This document shows, piece by piece, positions 60,887-64,000 of a DNA stretch of 64,000 nucleotides. The first letter of the stretch is position 1, and every line of letters starts with the position of its first letter. The notes below the pieces were generated by a model. It saw nothing but the letters and a program-made list of their open reading frames with translations. It ran no database searches and was not told the origin of the DNA. The stretch lies in assembly GCA_963674595.2 (NCBI GenBank), contig CAXXFV010000023.1, positions 832,001 through 896,000 of the forward strand, written 5' to 3'. The position numbers and the translations under genes were made by a program. This DNA is from a bacterium. Its GTDB lineage: Bacteria; Zhuqueibacterota; Zhuqueibacteria; Residuimicrobiales; Krinioviventaceae.

Positions 60887-62365
60887 CTAGAATTTAAGGA
60901 TGTTATCCCAGCCTTTGCGGTACTTGGGTCTCCTGATGAATGGATCTGCTTCAGGAGCATTGGTGGCACGCATATTTTTGTAGTCCCACTCGATCTTCTT
61001 ACCGGTACGGTAGGCCACATTGCCGAGGTGGTTGGCCTCGGTTGTCCAGCCGGAATACTGGAAATTCGAGCCGGGTACCGGGCCATTTCCTTTAGCGTAG
61101 TCAACCCACTCATTGTAATGGCCGGGTGAGCGGCGATAGACCGGCGGAGGCATCTCGAAGTCCTTGAATTTCTCCTCCGGAAGCAGCTTCCAGTTTCTGC
61201 CTCCCACAAGTTTGCCTCTTTCGCCGATGAAAACGTTGGCGCGATCGCCCCAATCCTCTGTCCATCCGGGAGGACGGCTGTCTCCCTGGTGCCAGACGAG
61301 TTTAAGAGCCGGCTGGGAGCCAACGGCGGCATACTCATATGTTGCTTTAAGGGTGGCGGGCGCCAGTTCCTTATGGGCCGGACCATTGGGGGAAACGGCT
61401 TCGACAGTCAACGGCACCAGTATTTTCCTGCCCATTTCATCTGTCTGCCAGATATCCAGCACGGTGTAGGGTACGTCATTGTCGTGACTGCCCAGATCGC
61501 TCATGGTTCCGTTGGCAAAATCCCACCACCGGTACCAGCGGGGGCCGGGGAAATAGGTGGCATGGTAGGGACGCCAGGGGGCTGGTCCCAGCCACAGGTC
61601 CCAACTGAAATGATCGGGAACCGGCATCTCTTCCTTGAACCTGTCTACGATCTGTTTGCCTTCGTAGAATCCGAAGCGCTCGTCATATTTTTTTGCGGAT
61701 TCCGCGTCCTGGAGGCCCCAGGCTCGGCCTGCCCAGACATGGACTTCACGAACCTTGCCTATAACTCCGGTGTCCAGAATTTCTTTAACTGTGCGCCGCC
61801 GTTCGGATGCATGGCCCTGGTTACCCATCTGTGTTGACAGATGGGGATACTTGGCCGCAGTCTCCCTTATCAAGCGGGTTTCCTGGATGTTGTAAGCAAG
61901 CGGCTTCTCGCAGTAAACGTGTTTACCATGGGTAAGAGCCAGGTAAGTGGCAATGGCATGGGTCTGCTCCGCTACTGAAACCACTACGGCATCAAAATCA
62001 TCAGGGCTGTCAAAGACCCGCCGCATGTCTTTGTAGGTCTTGGCCTTGGGAAATCGGGCTGACGCGGAGTTCAGGTAATTCTGATCCACGTCGCAGAGAA
62101 CGGTGACATTCTCATCAGGATGCGGTCCCGCTCCAGGCTCTGGCGGACGAGTTGATCGTTCATCTCCCGGGAGGATGAGCAATCCTCTCATGTTGGCGTT
62201 GGCCCGGCCTCCGGCACCGATAAACGCAATGTCCAGTTTACTGTTAAGATTCTGGCCACGCAGAATCGCCGGCGCTCCGGTGGCCACAACACCGGCAGCC
62301 AGGGCACCTCCGACAAATTCACGGCGGTTTATCTGATTGCGGTTTGTTTTCTTGGTTTGATCCAT
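60887..62365 (-). CDS. Tat-exported Gfo/Idh/MocA oxidoreductase
   Basis: NRREFV, IGAGG, YCEKP, QMGNQ, WDLWLGPAP and DLGSH. Confidence 0.9.
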   Translation of the reverse strand: MDQTKKTNRNQINRREFVGGALAAGVVATGAPAILRGQNLNSKLDIAFIGAGGRANANMRGLLILPGDERSTRPPEPGAGPHPDENVTVLCDVDQNYLNSASARFPKAKTYKDMRRVFDSPDDFDAVVVSVAEQTHAIATYLALTHGKHVYCEKPLAYNIQETRLIRETAAKYPHLSTQMGNQGHASERRRTVKEILDTGVIGKVREVHVWAGRAWGLQDAESAKKYDERFGFYEGKQIVDRFKEEMPVPDHFSWDLWLGPAPWRPYHATYFPGPRWYRWWDFANGTMSDLGSHDNDVPYTVLDIWQTDEMGRKILVPLTVEAVSPNGPAHKELAPATLKATYEYAAVGSQPALKLVWHQGDSRPPGWTEDWGDRANVFIGERGKLVGGRNWKLLPEEKFKDFEMPPPVYRRSPGHYNEWVDYAKGNGPVPGSNFQYSGWTTEANHLGNVAYRTGKKIEWDYKNMRATNAPEADPFIRRPKYRKGWDNILKF

Positions 62366-62809
62366 ATTCCTGCTCCTTTCCAGGCGATTTCCGCCCGGAT
62401 AATCCCGAAACTGAACTGTAATCCAGTTTCATCGCTTACATGGTCTTACTCCCTTAAAGCCCTCCAAGTTTTCCCCTCCTGTCTTAAATTACAATCTACA
62501 GTCCCGGAAATGTCAATGTCCTTATTGATTTATGATTAAATGCTTCGTTTTGTGATTTGCGCATTTAATTCAGGATACTTTCATCCTTATCAAAAATGAA
62601 CGGCACAGGCAGCTTGACCAACTTCAGAAATCCCCGGCCAGGGTACAATCAAGCTTGGAAAAACAGTATTTAACAGGGCTGGCCGCGGCGAAATTCACCT
62701 GGTTTAAGTTCCCTCTGATTAAAAACATTACAGCGCTTCTTTATCCTTTGGAAATTATCATTTTTGGAAATTTGGAACTTTCAATCATTTTCAATGTATA
62801 AAACCGGAG

Positions 62810-63118
62810 ATGAAAAATTTCAGTGAGAGGCTGGGTTATAAGGGGCACCGGCCATGTTTTTTCTACAAATACGCGATGGTAATGGCAGTGTGCAGCGGAT
62901 TCGGGACAAAACCTGCTAATCAATATATGAGAGATATATTTACATCATTTGGCTTTAATGTATCTGATGTGTATAGAGACAAATACAGAGCAGACTATCA
63001 GTATTATAAGGACAAGACTGAACACCCCTATACCGGAAGCATTAATCCCTTTAAAAAATTCGCGGCAAAACGCGCGGTTGAAAAATTCTCAAAGGAAATC
63101 AGCGAAAACAGATTATGA
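62810..63118 (+). pseudogene. Probable C-terminal fragment of a flavodoxin-fold/NADPH-FMN reductase protein
   Basis: MKNF.ERLGY..HRP.FF.KYAM....G.G resembles the mid-part of this family; no N-terminal part seen. Confidence 0.45.
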
Positions 63119-64000
63119 ATAACAATTCCCCTTACAGGTTCCTTCTCATTTCAGTTATCGGCCTGATGCTGATTTCCGGTTTTTCCATCGGGCAAGACCG
63201 GGACATTAACTCTCCCCGAAAAACAGTTATTTATCGTGTTGCGGAATATCCGGATAATCCGGAATTGTTAAAAGCCAGTCTTACGCTCCCGGCGCCGACC
63301 AAAGACGAGAATACTGTTCTCTCTCTCAGGGGAACGCAGCTGAATATCAAACCGCAGGTAATCAATGTCAGATGCAGAGACAACGCCCTCTCCCTGAATG
63401 AGAAAGGCCAATGGATCCTCCCAGAAGGCTGCAGGGAAATCACCTGGCAGATTGAATTAGCGGCGGTTGAACCTTTCAGCATTGAAATAGCCAGGCAGCA
63501 GAGTGTCCTGGTTAAATCGGATCCTTCCTGGATTCTACTAAGCGAATTCTCATTCCTTCCCAGGCTTGAATCAGGCGATTATTCCGCGGTAATCGAGTTC
63601 AGCCGGGATCTTGAAAAAAAGTTGGTTTCCTTCCTGGATAGAGACCGGAAAAACAGGAGAATTATATCTGGAGGCAACGGACCGATTTTTCTTGTTTTCG
63701 GACTGGAAACTGTAACCCACGACTCACCCTCAGGCATCACACTCAGCTACCTGGCAGATGACAAGGAGTCTGGCCGGGAAATTAACAGCTTTTATCCCAG
63801 CCATTTACAATCAATCAAATATATCCATTCTCTCTTCAGTTACCCCGAAGACCGGGAGTTCAATTTCAATGTCATATGGCTGGGTCTCAACCGGGAAGGA
63901 GGCCTGGGCGGAGCCGCGGGTAACCGCTCCTTCCTTATCAACTATCCTCGCGAAAACGGCAGGCTGCTCAAAGACAAATTCATCTGGGCCATGATGACAG
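63115..64000 (+). CDS. Exported protein, possibly metallopeptidase-like (runs off window)
   Basis: Manual translation MNNNSPYRFLLISVIGLMLISGFSIG... is open to the window end; contains GGAAG.RSFLINY; no HExxH visible within the window. Confidence 0.6.
   Translation, partial: MNNNSPYRFLLISVIGLMLISGFSIGQDRDINSPRKTVIYRVAEYPDNPELLKASLTLPAPTKDENTVLSLRGTQLNIKPQVINVRCRDNALSLNEKGQWILPEGCREITWQIELAAVEPFSIEIARQQSVLVKSDPSWILLSEFSFLPRLESGDYSAVIEFSRDLEKKLVSFLDRDRKNRRIISGGNGPIFLVFGLETVTHDSPSGITLSYLADDKESGREINSFYPSHLQSIKYIHSLFSYPEDREFNFNVIWLGLNREGGLGGAAGNRSFLINYPRENGRLLKDKFIWAMMT

Overview
Bacterial chromosomal window. The host or donor is probably Acidobacteriota; this is an inference from an Oar-type TonB-receptor remnant, a wHTH-TolB protein, a TPR protein and Tat-exported Gfo/Idh/MocA enzymes. 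From left to right: the 5' part of a his operon (TrpR/YerC-like regulator, hisG, hisD), secA and guaB; a ~10.3-kb, 14-gene PVM-like bacterial microcompartment (BMC) locus; an IS110-family (IS1111-type) element; housekeeping and catabolic genes (DEAD-box helicase, sulfatase, pepD, argG) with three tandem mosaic phosphodiester glycosidase paralogs; then a frameshifted comM/yifB. The BMC locus has a PduS/PduT pair and a degenerate RpiB-fold protein but no alcohol or lactate dehydrogenase. The IS110 element's ends, circle-junction promoter, REP-like target and candidate bridge/seekRNA guides can all be read from the sequence. After comM lies a ~12-kb variable region with three further, synonymously diverged copies of the comM 3' end separating unrelated cargo genes, including an ATP-grasp/lyase/CapA operon, and no integrase is visible. 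No rRNA, tRNA or CRISPR array was seen.
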